20,000 nucleotides of DNA, taken from the IMG/VR virus record IMGVR_UViG_3300021598_001639. One strand, written 5' to 3'. Position numbers and translations under genes: made by a program. Shown piece after piece: positions 1 through 8,165 of this stretch. Each line of letters begins with the position of its first letter. Position 1 is the stretch's first letter. The notes below the pieces were generated by a model, which worked only from the letters and a program-made list of their open reading frames with translations, ran no database searches and had not been told where the DNA came from. The DNA comes from an uncultured virus (IMG/VR IMGVR_UViG_3300021598_001639). Taxonomy: Duplodnaviria; Heunggongvirae; Uroviricota; Caudoviricetes.

Positions 1-445
1 AGTAAGCATCCCAACCTTTAGGAACGCCTAAAAGAGCAATATCCTGAAATTCAGTAGGAACATTTACATCAACAAGAATACGAATACCTGCTTCAGCCCA
101 ATAACGAGAAAGCCAACGTTTTTTAAAAATTAGTTCAATAGCGATAGCTTTAGGAGTTTGAAGAGTAATGGTGTAGTTAACTTCACCAACAAGAGTGATT
201 GAAGTATCGATTAATTTAGAAGGATTTTTCCAATGACCATTAAAGCGATAATCGTCGGTATAGTGAAAGACAGTACCGGTAAGTGATTTGTTGCGAGCCT
301 TAGCCCCCCAAATATTAATAGGAGTTTCTGGCCATTTACCCGCCATATTCAAAGGAAGGACAGGGATGCCCCATTCATTGTCAGTGGGAAACATCCAAGT
401 TACAATATTATTACCTATGGGATTTAACAATTCTTTGATAGCCAT
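1..445 (-). CDS. DUF4417-like phage protein, 3'-truncated by the window edge (not in the ORF track)
   Basis: My translation from ATG at 445 is open to the edge: MAIKELLNPIG...NEWGIP...FHYTDDYRFNGHWKNP...KKRWLSRYWAEAGIRILVDV. The TDDYRF..W.NP and RW..YW...GI.I pattern resembles DUF4417. Confidence 0.65.
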   Translation of the reverse strand, partial: MAIKELLNPIGNNIVTWMFPTDNEWGIPVLPLNMAGKWPETPINIWGAKARNKSLTGTVFHYTDDYRFNGHWKNPSKLIDTSITLVGEVNYTITLQTPKAIAIELIFKKRWLSRYWAEAGIRILVDVNVPTEFQDIALLGVPKGWDAY

Positions 446-498
446 GAAAAAAGATTTCACTCAAAGTAAAGATATATCTTAGCATAAGGAAAAAAGAA

Positions 499-963
499 AT
501 GTCAAATAACGAACAACAAATTCCCACATTTGCGGAATATCTATTCAAGCCCCAGAGAAGTGCAAAGTTACTATATGGTACATTTGTACTAAGAGATAAA
601 GACCAAAAACAATTATGTGCGGTAGTGGCTACATCTGGGGCGGCAGGGTATCAAAATTGGACAGATTTTCAAAGGATAGGAAAGGGATTGATTCCGCCCT
701 ATGACAAATTTCAAATCAGAACCGATGGGTATCGATTAGCAACAAAAGGAATCGAAGGTATGTTTTATCCGATAGAACCTAGTCCTGTCCCTATCTATGG
801 AAGGTCTGAATTAGGGTTGCATTTTGACGCAAACGTACCTGGTTCAGCCGGATGTATTGTGATAGAAAACAAAAACAGTTTTTTAAAAACAATAGTCCCT
901 TTAATGTTAAAAGCGAAAAATGCAAAAATACTTAGAATCCCGTTAAAAGTCAATTTTAGCTAA
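499..963 (+). CDS. L,D-transpeptidase-fold (YkuD/Tlde1-like) protein, putative peptidoglycan-active enzyme
   Basis: ATSG...GLIPP...GRSELGLHFDANVPGSAGCI, with the His...GSxGC catalytic signature of the YkuD/Tlde1 fold. Confidence 0.7.
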   Translation: MSNNEQQIPTFAEYLFKPQRSAKLLYGTFVLRDKDQKQLCAVVATSGAAGYQNWTDFQRIGKGLIPPYDKFQIRTDGYRLATKGIEGMFYPIEPSPVPIYGRSELGLHFDANVPGSAGCIVIENKNSFLKTIVPLMLKAKNAKILRIPLKVNFS

Positions 964-1410
964 TGAGAAACTAAAAAGGTTTTGTAATTCATTATCAGAA
1001 AAACACCGACCTTTAAGCCAAGTCTCAAAAGTTAAGGGGGAATACTGAGGATTACGCTCGCTTAATAGATGAGGAAGTTTTGATTTAAAATCTAGAAATA
1101 AATCAAATTCTTCATCATTTAAACAAGATTTATTACAGGTTAGAGGGTGCAAAAAAAGGAAACCACTGGGTAAAACAAAACGAAACTGAGGCTTAATAAG
1201 CAAGGTCATAACTGCTGAAGAACTAATAGCCTTAATTACAATTAAAGGGGTGTGACAAATTTCAGCGATATGGATAGCTGAAAGAATGTCTCCCCCTTTA
1301 GAATTTACAAAAATCCTATTTACATTTAATTTTTGTAATGCGATAAAATAGGGAATTGTGTCGTGGTTAATAACGGAAATAGATGGCTTAAAATCAGGTA
1401 ATAATTCCAT
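943..1410 (-). CDS. ClpP/crotonase-like serine protease, divergent
   Basis: IFVNSKGGDILSAIHI (compare INSPGGxV), ISSSA (candidate catalytic Ser), and RF...FLFLHP (candidate catalytic His). Confidence 0.6.
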   Translation of the reverse strand: MELLPDFKPSISVINHDTIPYFIALQKLNVNRIFVNSKGGDILSAIHIAEICHTPLIVIKAISSSAVMTLLIKPQFRFVLPSGFLFLHPLTCNKSCLNDEEFDLFLDFKSKLPHLLSERNPQYSPLTFETWLKGRCFSDNELQNLFSFSLAKIDF

Positions 1411-1420
1411 AGATTATAAA

Positions 1421-2053
1421 ATGTTTAACTTCTTAAAACGGGTAGTAACAAAAAGATTATTAATTTATGCGGTAAATATAAGCGTGAATATTTTAGTGAT
1501 TTATTTTCAAATTTGGGGACAAGAGAAAATAGATACAAAAGAAAAAGTAATTCTTCAAAAATACGTAAAAACAAAAGATAACATTACAGTTACAAAGGAT
1601 ACAGAAAATTTAGTTTATTTATTAGATGGGTACATAACCAAAAGTACAACTTTAAAAATGCCGAAAGGAATAGGATTAAATAAAGAGAACAAAGAAATAC
1701 TGTTAGAAAATATTATAACATACGTTTCTACAAAGTATCCAGAGTCAACAATTTTAAAATCAAATAATTACGAAATATTAGTGGATTTAGGTTATACTAA
1801 AAGGCAAATAAATTTTTTAGGGTGGGAAAAAGTGAGAATGGTTTTATTTGTAGCGGGAAGTAAAGATGATTATAAACTTTATTTAATAGCAACCGTTAAA
1901 ATAGCTTCAGGAAACCCTTTTTTACCCCCTCCAAGCAAAGAATTTACCCAATTAGAAGGTGAATCCGCCCACAATGTTAAGGAGTATTTAGAAAGGTTTT
2001 TAGCAGATTTAGGAAAAGCAATAAGTGAACCCAAAACAGACACTAGAGATTAA
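1421..2053 (+). CDS. hypothetical protein with N-terminal hydrophobic anchor
   Basis: Long ORF. ATG at 1421 avoids overlap with the ClpP-like gene. Hydrophobic segment LLIYAVNISVNILVIYFQIW. Confidence 0.6.
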   Translation: MFNFLKRVVTKRLLIYAVNISVNILVIYFQIWGQEKIDTKEKVILQKYVKTKDNITVTKDTENLVYLLDGYITKSTTLKMPKGIGLNKENKEILLENIITYVSTKYPESTILKSNNYEILVDLGYTKRQINFLGWEKVRMVLFVAGSKDDYKLYLIATVKIASGNPFLPPPSKEFTQLEGESAHNVKEYLERFLADLGKAISEPKTDTRD

Positions 2054-2447
2054 GCAAAAATTAGGAAAAGAATACTTTATAGCCATAGGTTTTATATTTT
2101 GGACTACAACTTTGGTGAGAGTAATAGGGGGTTTAACAGACGAGCAATTTCAATATACATTGTTGCTATTATTATCATCTGTGACAAATTTTAGCATACC
2201 TATTTTGAAATATTTTATAAGAGGAGAAGCCAAAAAACCAACAATTAAGTTTACATTAGAGGGAAGCAGTATAGTGTTAGGAGTGGCGAGAGTTTACGGA
2301 ATAGCAATAAGTTTAACCAATCTGTTAAGAGTATTACCTATTCCCACGTTAAGCGTATTTTCCACATATTTTACTATAATGAGTAGCATACAAGCAATAT
2401 TTAGTGTTTGGCTGTCATGGATTTTAACTGAAGTTTTTGAAGATTAG
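2025..2447 (+). CDS. hypothetical integral membrane protein (about 4 TM segments)
   Basis: 140 aa with four hydrophobic stretches, overlapping the upstream gene in operon fashion. Confidence 0.6.
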   Translation: MNPKQTLEIKQKLGKEYFIAIGFIFWTTTLVRVIGGLTDEQFQYTLLLLLSSVTNFSIPILKYFIRGEAKKPTIKFTLEGSSIVLGVARVYGIAISLTNLLRVLPIPTLSVFSTYFTIMSSIQAIFSVWLSWILTEVFED

Positions 2448-2659
2448 AAATTCTTGACAAAAAACTCACCAGCAAGTGTTATCATAAAAAGTTCAAGGTC
2501 ACGACCAACAGCAACTTTTTTGATTAAGCCTAAATTTAAAAGAGGTTGGAAATCAGGGTCATAAGGTTTTGTCCAAATTGTTTTATGATTTGCGATATAT
2601 TTTAAAAGGTTTATATTGATAGTAGTGCTAGTTTTTTTCAAGACATTCTTTTTATTCAT
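2444..2659 (-). CDS. small hypothetical protein, possibly winged-helix-like
   Basis: 71 aa ORF. The LLNLGLI...FMITLAG pattern is reminiscent of wHTH C-termini. Confidence 0.45.
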   Translation of the reverse strand: MNKKNVLKKTSTTININLLKYIANHKTIWTKPYDPDFQPLLNLGLIKKVAVGRDLELFMITLAGEFFVKNF

Positions 2660-2790
2660 AAAAAGGAAATGATTTTTTGTAAAGGTGGGTCAAAGATACC
2701 AATAGTTAGAGTATCAATGACACCACGAAAAAGAGCTAAGACAATTTTGATTTTGAGCGAGAACCTTCAGAATTAAGGAAATCTGGCGTA

Positions 2791-3645
2791 CTAATATTTC
2801 AAAAGGGAACCTTTAGTCACCTCAAGAATCTCTTGAATGGTAGTGACTCGCCCTAAAGAAAGACCTAAAGGTTGAGAAGGAGTGATAGCGTGCTGGTCGG
2901 GGGACTTACGAATAGTGAAGTCAATATCGACACCTGAGAACCAAGCAACAGAAGCTGGTAAATCATAAAGTCCAACAGAATAAGAGATATAAGCCCTAGT
3001 CCAAAGGTGAGCTATTTGCAAAGCTAAACAAAAACGAGCAGAATCTTTAGCAAGAACAATGTACCGGTATTCATCATGAATAGTGATACAAAGTCGAGCA
3101 TCAATGTCGTATTTGGAACAAAGATAATCAACAGCAGTAAGACAGATGTGTAAAAAATCAACACCGGAGCTTTGAACACAAAAATTAATTTTGCTAGTTA
3201 GATAATCTTTGTGACCAGTAAAACGGGGATGAATGGCATCACTCATAGTACGTTTTAAGGTAGGAGTGCGAGGGTCACTAGAAGTAGCAATACGTTCAAG
3301 TTCGTTAAACATAACGGACTCAGTACCTAAACGCCAACGTCCTTCAATTTTTTTACCTTTTGTTTTGGCAAACATATCAGAAGCAAGCTGTTTAGCCTCA
3401 GCAGAAGTCAAAGTTTTACGGAACTCCCGCATATAATTAATCATCGATTTAAGACCAGCAGAATATCGACGGCTATAGACGACAGTTTTAGCATTATCAC
3501 GACTGATACCTAATAAAGAAGCAGTCATAGAATGAGGGTCAGTGCCATCTTCTTTACAGCCAACAAGTGTTTGAAAAGAGGAAGGCGTACCACCAATAAT
3601 GCCAACATGAGCATCAGCTATAAGGTCAGAAATCCATAACTCTTG
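2791..3645 (-). CDS. polA: DNA polymerase gamma-like family A polymerase, exon 2 (rest of motif A, motifs B and C)
   Basis: Begins QELWISDLIADAH (Pol gamma QELWIAAVLGDAH). Contains GTDPHSMTA, SRDNAKTVVYSRRYSAG (motif B), NFCVQSSGVDFLH and CITIHDEYRY (motif C). The listed start at 3684 lies inside the intron. Confidence 0.93.
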   Translation of the reverse strand, partial: QELWISDLIADAHVGIIGGTPSSFQTLVGCKEDGTDPHSMTASLLGISRDNAKTVVYSRRYSAGLKSMINYMREFRKTLTSAEAKQLASDMFAKTKGKKIEGRWRLGTESVMFNELERIATSSDPRTPTLKRTMSDAIHPRFTGHKDYLTSKINFCVQSSGVDFLHICLTAVDYLCSKYDIDARLCITIHDEYRYIVLAKDSARFCLALQIAHLWTRAYISYSVGLYDLPASVAWFSGVDIDFTIRKSPDQHAITPSQPLGLSLGRVTTIQEILEVTKGSLLKY

Positions 3646-4539
3646 CAAGTTTCTTACGAATAGCCCGCTTCCGACTATTCTCACTGAGTCTCCCCAGTGT
3701 TGAGACTATATCATATACGGTTTCCCGTATCTCCCCGTTTCGAGCTTGCTTAAGCCCTACGATAATAAGCCTAGTTCTTTCAAGATACCCTTATATGCTT
3801 TACCCTTCTTGATGTTAGCCACATGGGACTTCTGTACTCCATGCTCTTTAGCTAATTGTTCATCTGGTAAGTCAGAATTGAAGATTTTTACAATATCTTC
3901 TGTGGTTAACTTGAATCTAGACGTTTCTCTAGTCGTTGAAGAGTCCTGTACAATCCTTCCCACTGTGGTTCTGTTCATGCCCACCATCTCCGCTATTTTT
4001 CGGGTGGTGTAACCCTGTACCCATAGTTCCATTACTTCTTCCCGGTGAATATCTCTGAAGTCCGAGTGTTGGTTTTTTCTACCTTGGGGGCGTTTGTCGC
4101 CCTTTAGCCGATAGTCTTCAGAGATATTGTGGGAAATTGTACACCATTCAAGATTTTCAAGATTGTTATTGGTCTTGCAATCGTCTTTGTGGTGGACTAC
4201 GGGGAGATTGTCTGGGTTGGGTAGATGGGCTAGGGCTACCATACGGTGAACCATGATGTTTTTAGTTTCCCCTGAGTCATTTGTTAGGACAGTTGCCATA
4301 TATCCACTTTTATTGACTGCTGGTGACATAAAACGCTTGACTCGGTGGGAGTAGATACGACCCGTTTTAGTAACGCTGTACTTACTAAATCCGGGGATTG
4401 TAACTAGGCTTTCCCGCTGATTGTCCATAACCTTTATCTTTTTAAACGCTATCCCAATTGTATCCTAAAGGGATTGTGGTGTAAAGGCTTAACTGGAGTT
4501 TCCAGCAATTAGAGGAGTTTAACGACAGCCATTGTGTTA
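3646..4539 (-). ncRNA. group I self-splicing intron (IA-type), 894 nt, in polymerase motif A
   Basis: Exon 1 ends in U and the intron ends in G; removal joins GADVDS and QELWI in frame. P1 GACAGU/GCUGUC with U-G at the splice site. P element AAUUGCUGGAAA, Q element AAUCAGCGG, R element UUCAACGACUA (3930-3940), P3 CUCCUC/GGGGAG, P8 AUACGG-GAAA-CCGUAU, S element AUGAUAUAGUCU, P9 CACUGGG-GAGA-CUCAGUG. Confidence 0.93.
3757..4428 (-). CDS. intron-encoded NUMOD4-HNH homing endonuclease (I-HmuI-like) with C-terminal HTH modules
   Basis: IPGFSKYSVTKTGRIYS (NUMOD4), VHRMVA...VVHHKDDCKTNNNLENLEWCTISHN (HNH), YTTRKIAEMVGMNRTTVGRIV (HTH). Confidence 0.92.
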   Translation of the reverse strand: MDNQRESLVTIPGFSKYSVTKTGRIYSHRVKRFMSPAVNKSGYMATVLTNDSGETKNIMVHRMVALAHLPNPDNLPVVHHKDDCKTNNNLENLEWCTISHNISEDYRLKGDKRPQGRKNQHSDFRDIHREEVMELWVQGYTTRKIAEMVGMNRTTVGRIVQDSSTTRETSRFKLTTEDIVKIFNSDLPDEQLAKEHGVQKSHVANIKKGKAYKGILKELGLLS

Positions 4540-6363
4540 ACTGTCCACGTCAGCACCAATTTGAACATAGCCTTGTGGCATACGAACAGTGGTTTTAATT
4601 TCACTTCCAATGCGATTAGCCCGGGGGTTAGCCGCAGTAAGCCAAGTGTTTTCAACAGCACGACCAGTGACAGTACCGGCAGTAATTAATTGAGGACAAA
4701 TAAAACCAGTTCGATTGTCAGAAGACAGAACAACAAATTGATTTTTTACTCGGTCTTGAACAGAAACCCAATAAGCGCAAGAAATAGCAGATTGGAGGGC
4801 TAATTTAGCTTCAGGGAAGTCAGAATCAAGAATACCTCCTTCCATTTCAGACAGATAATCTTTAGACAAAGGCGAACCAACATTGGAATTTTCACCGGCT
4901 TTGTGAGGTAGGGGATAATACAGAGTATCGACATAAGAAAGACCACCATCGTGAGAGATAAAGTTTTCAAGAAGCAAAGGTGTGGTATTGGAAGAAACAT
5001 CAGCACCCTGAGTGGCAAGAAAACCCCACTTACGATCCTTATGATGATAAAGAGGGAAACCCATCCAAGAGAGACGTAAAAGATAGGGGGTACATTGGGA
5101 ACGAACAGTAAGGTTCAGTTTATCACCCTTGAATAGCTTACGATACCATTCTGGTTTGTCTTTATGTTTTTTAGCCCGTGAAGAAGGCATAGACCAATCT
5201 AAATGACGAAGCCAAGCATCAGAGTTAGGGTCTAATTCACCGCTAATAAACTTAGAAACTGCATCATCAGCCAACATTTGCAAGTGGGAATTAATTTTTA
5301 AGCGTTCGGACTGAAACAACTCTTCACACCGATTGATATAGCCATACCAACTTTCACGGGTAACAGGAAGGATAGCAGTACCCATTTGCAACATTCCGCA
5401 AAAAGTCACAGCAGAAGGGCATTTTTCCTTAAAGCGGAACCATAAAACTTGATAAAGTTGAAAAGTGACTTTAACATCATTAGCACAGTATTGAGCTAAT
5501 TGCTGAAAACGATTTTTTATTTCCAAAAGAGTACCGGTAACAAAATAATCACGGTCGGATTTGGAAATAGAATAACCTAAATGCAATCTTGAAGTTTCGG
5601 CTAAAGAATTACCGCTAGAAACCTCAAGCCAATCAAAATAAAAAGGAGACTCACCTTGCTCATCAAGAGCTTTATTATGTTTGATGCTAAGAGGACGTTG
5701 TTTTGAACTTAGACCAGCGACGCATTGGTGCATAGACAAAGTATCCCAAAAACGAACGCCTGAGAGTTTGAGGTCATAAGTTTCTAAGGTTCTTGCACGG
5801 TCATAACTGGCATAATGAGCAACAACAAATTTGTCGGATTTACCCAAAGGACAAAGAGTATCAGAACCGTTTGAAACCAGTTTAGGGGAAACCCAAAAAT
5901 ACCAAGCGACAGAAGAAACAGCACAAGCCATGACAGGGTAATTAGAGCTAGTAACAGCAACCTCACAGTCATAAACAATGGACATCTCAAGAGGGTAAGG
6001 GACAGAATAGGGTTCCGACCCATCCATAGGGTAACAAGTCCAACCGCACTTGAAAATAAATTCAGAAGGAATAGGTGGAATACTGGTACGAGCTAAAGCC
6101 TCCGCTAAATCTAAATAAGGTTTAGAACGCTGAATAGCAATGTTGTGAAAATGTTTTTCAAGGTCTTCACCTTCAAGAGGGGGTAAATCAAATTCAATAG
6201 TAGGAGGAGTAGGAATGTTCGAGCCACTCAGATTGAAGCTCTGTAACTGTCTTTTGGCTTCGTCACGAGCAGTTTTGCTTGGGTGGTTTTCTAAATCCCC
6301 AAATAATTGCTCCCTTAAGGATTCAGAAATCAAAGGAATCCCTACAGCATTTTTTCTAGACAT
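4540..6363 (-). CDS. polA: DNA polymerase gamma-like family A polymerase, exon 1 (3'-5' exonuclease, spacer, start of motif A)
   Basis: Exo I VYDCEV, Exo II VAHYASYDRAR, FWDTLSMH, Exo III QYCANDV, LPHKAGENSNVGSP, TAGTVTGRAVENTWLTA, GADVDS. All are collinear with mitochondrial Pol gamma motifs. Confidence 0.93.
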
Positions 6364-6395
6364 ACACGGTTTTATTTTAAGTGGTTTACATTTTA

Positions 6396-6424
6396 AGTAT
6401 CGTACAAAGTTAATCTTTTGTCAA
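6396..6424 (-). promoter_or_regulatory. putative sigma70-type promoter of the polymerase gene
   Basis: TTGACA-N17-GATACT about 30 nt upstream of the ATG at 6363. The -10 element is imperfect. Confidence 0.4.
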
Positions 6425-6535
6425 GGTTGAAATATTGACAGGGGATGGAATAATCACACAGCAAGGATTGAGCGGGGAGGGGAAAAACAAAAAAACATTG
6501 ACAATGGTTGTAGTCCTTAATAAATTAATAATCAT

Positions 6536-7289
6536 ACTTGGTGCTAACTTAGAATTTCTCTGGTTAGAGAATCGCTTTTGTCGATGCGCTCGCAGGGGAA
6601 AAGGAAACTTACGGTTAATTCGTCTCCCTCGTCTTCCTCGTCGCATTAAACGACTACTATCCATCCGTTTTTCAACTCGTTTAAAGGGAAGCTCTAGGTG
6701 AGCCGTCTACAGAGTAAAACCAGAAGATGGGACATTAATTCCAGAAAACAATTTGCTGGGGTCAATTCCTACAGAAATAGGTTGAGTTTTATTTTCTTGA
6801 TCATCTTGCTTTGTAGAATCAGGTGTAAGAGGAAATTGAGGATTAAATCGATGAACAAATCACTGTTATCCTAAAACAAAATCCCCTTGACACCGTGTTT
6901 GTAACTCATTGTTAATGAGATCAATCTGTTTGCTTCCCACTGCGATTTTGACCACTCCTCAATGTTTTAGCAGGTCTAGAACGTCCAACATCACTATGAA
7001 TAGAATCTTGTAAAGCATCAATTAATATCTCCGGTGGTAAAGGCCTACGAAGCTCACTTTCCTCCTCAGACAAGGGTGTTAATTGCGGTCTTTGGGGTGG
7101 ATTACCACGCCCAAGATTCTCTATTACTTTATCATTGTCAGAAGGTTCTGCTATCAGTTGGACATAGAATTGTCCTAAGTCGTTGAATTTACCGATGGCT
7201 TTTCCTTCTTTAATCCACCGTCTAGCCCGACTAGGTTTAGTCGGCATTAGAGGTCGATTGTCTGAAGAGATTACAGGTATTCTTTGCAT
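6536..7289 (-). pseudogene. isrB: IsrB/IscB (RRXRR/PLMP, IS200/IS605 OMEGA nuclease) remnant: interrupted, nonsense-mutated and truncated
   Basis: MQRIPV...RPLMPTKPSRARR...LGQFYVQL (PLMP domain), then a ~340-bp insert. Resumes KTQPISVGIDP (RuvC-I), has an in-frame TAG at 6707-6709, then the bridge helix MRRGRRGRR...RFSN...KLAPS. Homology stops there, with no RuvC-II/III. The N-terminal style resembles IsrB more than IscB. Confidence 0.82.
6921..7289 (-). CDS. PLMP/RRXRR domain fused in frame to a 70-aa Pro-rich tail
   Basis: Intact 122-aa ORF. The first ~52 aa are the IsrB/IscB N-terminus and the rest comes from the insert. Confidence 0.45.
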   Translation of the reverse strand: MQRIPVISSDNRPLMPTKPSRARRWIKEGKAIGKFNDLGQFYVQLIAEPSDNDKVIENLGRGNPPQRPQLTPLSEEESELRRPLPPEILIDALQDSIHSDVGRSRPAKTLRSGQNRSGKQTD

Positions 7290-7294
7290 GGAGA

Positions 7295-7533
7295 TAATCC
7301 TTAAGAGTGAAGTTAATGTCCTTTACCGCAACACAATCAAGATGTCTTGTCTAACAACGCTTTACCAATAAAGCTTAGAGATAGTCCGAACGAGGGAAGG
7401 ATTCGTAAGTCTGGGACAGATTGTGTCTCAATGCGGTAGTCGCTACTTGCGTTGCTTAAATTGGTCTAGGCAAGCCCCGCACCTTTAGGACGGGGTTAGT
7501 AACATAATGAGCAACAACAAATTTGTTGGATTT
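7295..7533 (-). ncRNA. omegaRNA (HEARO-like) scaffold at about 7295-7503 with 5' guide segment 7504-7533
   Basis: About 210 non-coding nt directly upstream of the PLMP ORF, starting GTTACTAACCCCGTCCTAAAGGTGCGGGGCTTG, the typical 5' hairpin of IscB/IsrB elements. A further hairpin CGAA...TTCG follows. The 3' boundary is approximate. Confidence 0.8.
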
Positions 7534-7609
7534 TATTGAGGAAAAAGGTTAAGAAGCAACGACAGCACTACAATTAATAGTAATGGTTTGAGCGACAGGG
7601 TGAAGTCGT

Positions 7610-8107
7610 TTAGACACTGCCAGTGAAGTGTTTTCTAGTTCGAGCGTGTAAATAATTTTCTGGACGGTTAGTGACTTTAGCCATTTCTACATTAGCTTTA
7701 AAATCTTTAACTTTCTTAATATAGGAATCAATAGTTTGTCGTTGATGCACGTCACCCAGACCTTTAAATTTTGGTCTATTAAGATACCAAGTTTGATATT
7801 CGATTAGGACATCAATTAAGGGTGAAAAGACAATGCAATAAGGTTGAATAGAGGTCAAAATGTCGATAGCTAATTGACCTTTGATAATCCATTTTTTGTT
7901 ACGATTGGGAGGTTTTGCGATATAAACAGTTCCCCCTAACATTTGACTAACTAGATGCAAATAATTAATATTTTTGTGATGAAATTCGATGGCAGGGGTA
8001 ACAAAGTTTTTATGACGCATTAAGCTAATAGAGGCTTTGGCTTCAATCATACCAGCGACATAAGCAGTTTCGAGGGGAGATAGCGTGTGAATCAGACTGT
8101 TGGACAT
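7610..8107 (-). CDS. free-standing single-motif LAGLIDADG-family protein, degenerate
   Basis: AYVAGMIEAKASISL aligns to AYLAGLIDGDGSI. The downstream LGGTV...W...A..IL..IQPY pattern is typical of LAGLIDADG endonucleases. Confidence 0.7.
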   Translation of the reverse strand: MSNSLIHTLSPLETAYVAGMIEAKASISLMRHKNFVTPAIEFHHKNINYLHLVSQMLGGTVYIAKPPNRNKKWIIKGQLAIDILTSIQPYCIVFSPLIDVLIEYQTWYLNRPKFKGLGDVHQRQTIDSYIKKVKDFKANVEMAKVTNRPENYLHARTRKHFTGSV

Positions 8108-8165
8108 AATAAATTTTGGTACAAATTGGTAGAGGGACTATGTGAAAGAATTAGAAATACCGAAA

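Noticed and set aside
2684..2726. Imperfect inverted repeat downstream of the polymerase stop
   Set aside because: It has bulged stems and a long loop, so a terminator or RNA call cannot be supported.
3646..3684. Listed start of the 297-aa polymerase ORF (MRIVGSGLFVRNL)
   Set aside because: It lies in intron P9 hairpins. Polymerase homology starts at QELWI (3645).
3646..4539. Intein or naturally split polymerase as the explanation for the interruption
   Set aside because: There is an in-frame stop right after exon 1, no intein terminal motifs, and clear group I RNA elements.
6921..6938. Shared ending GKQTD* (TCAATCTGTTTGCTT versus TCAGTCTGTTTGCTT near 12488)
   Set aside because: The similarity is only 14/15 nt with no upstream homology, so it cannot be distinguished from chance.
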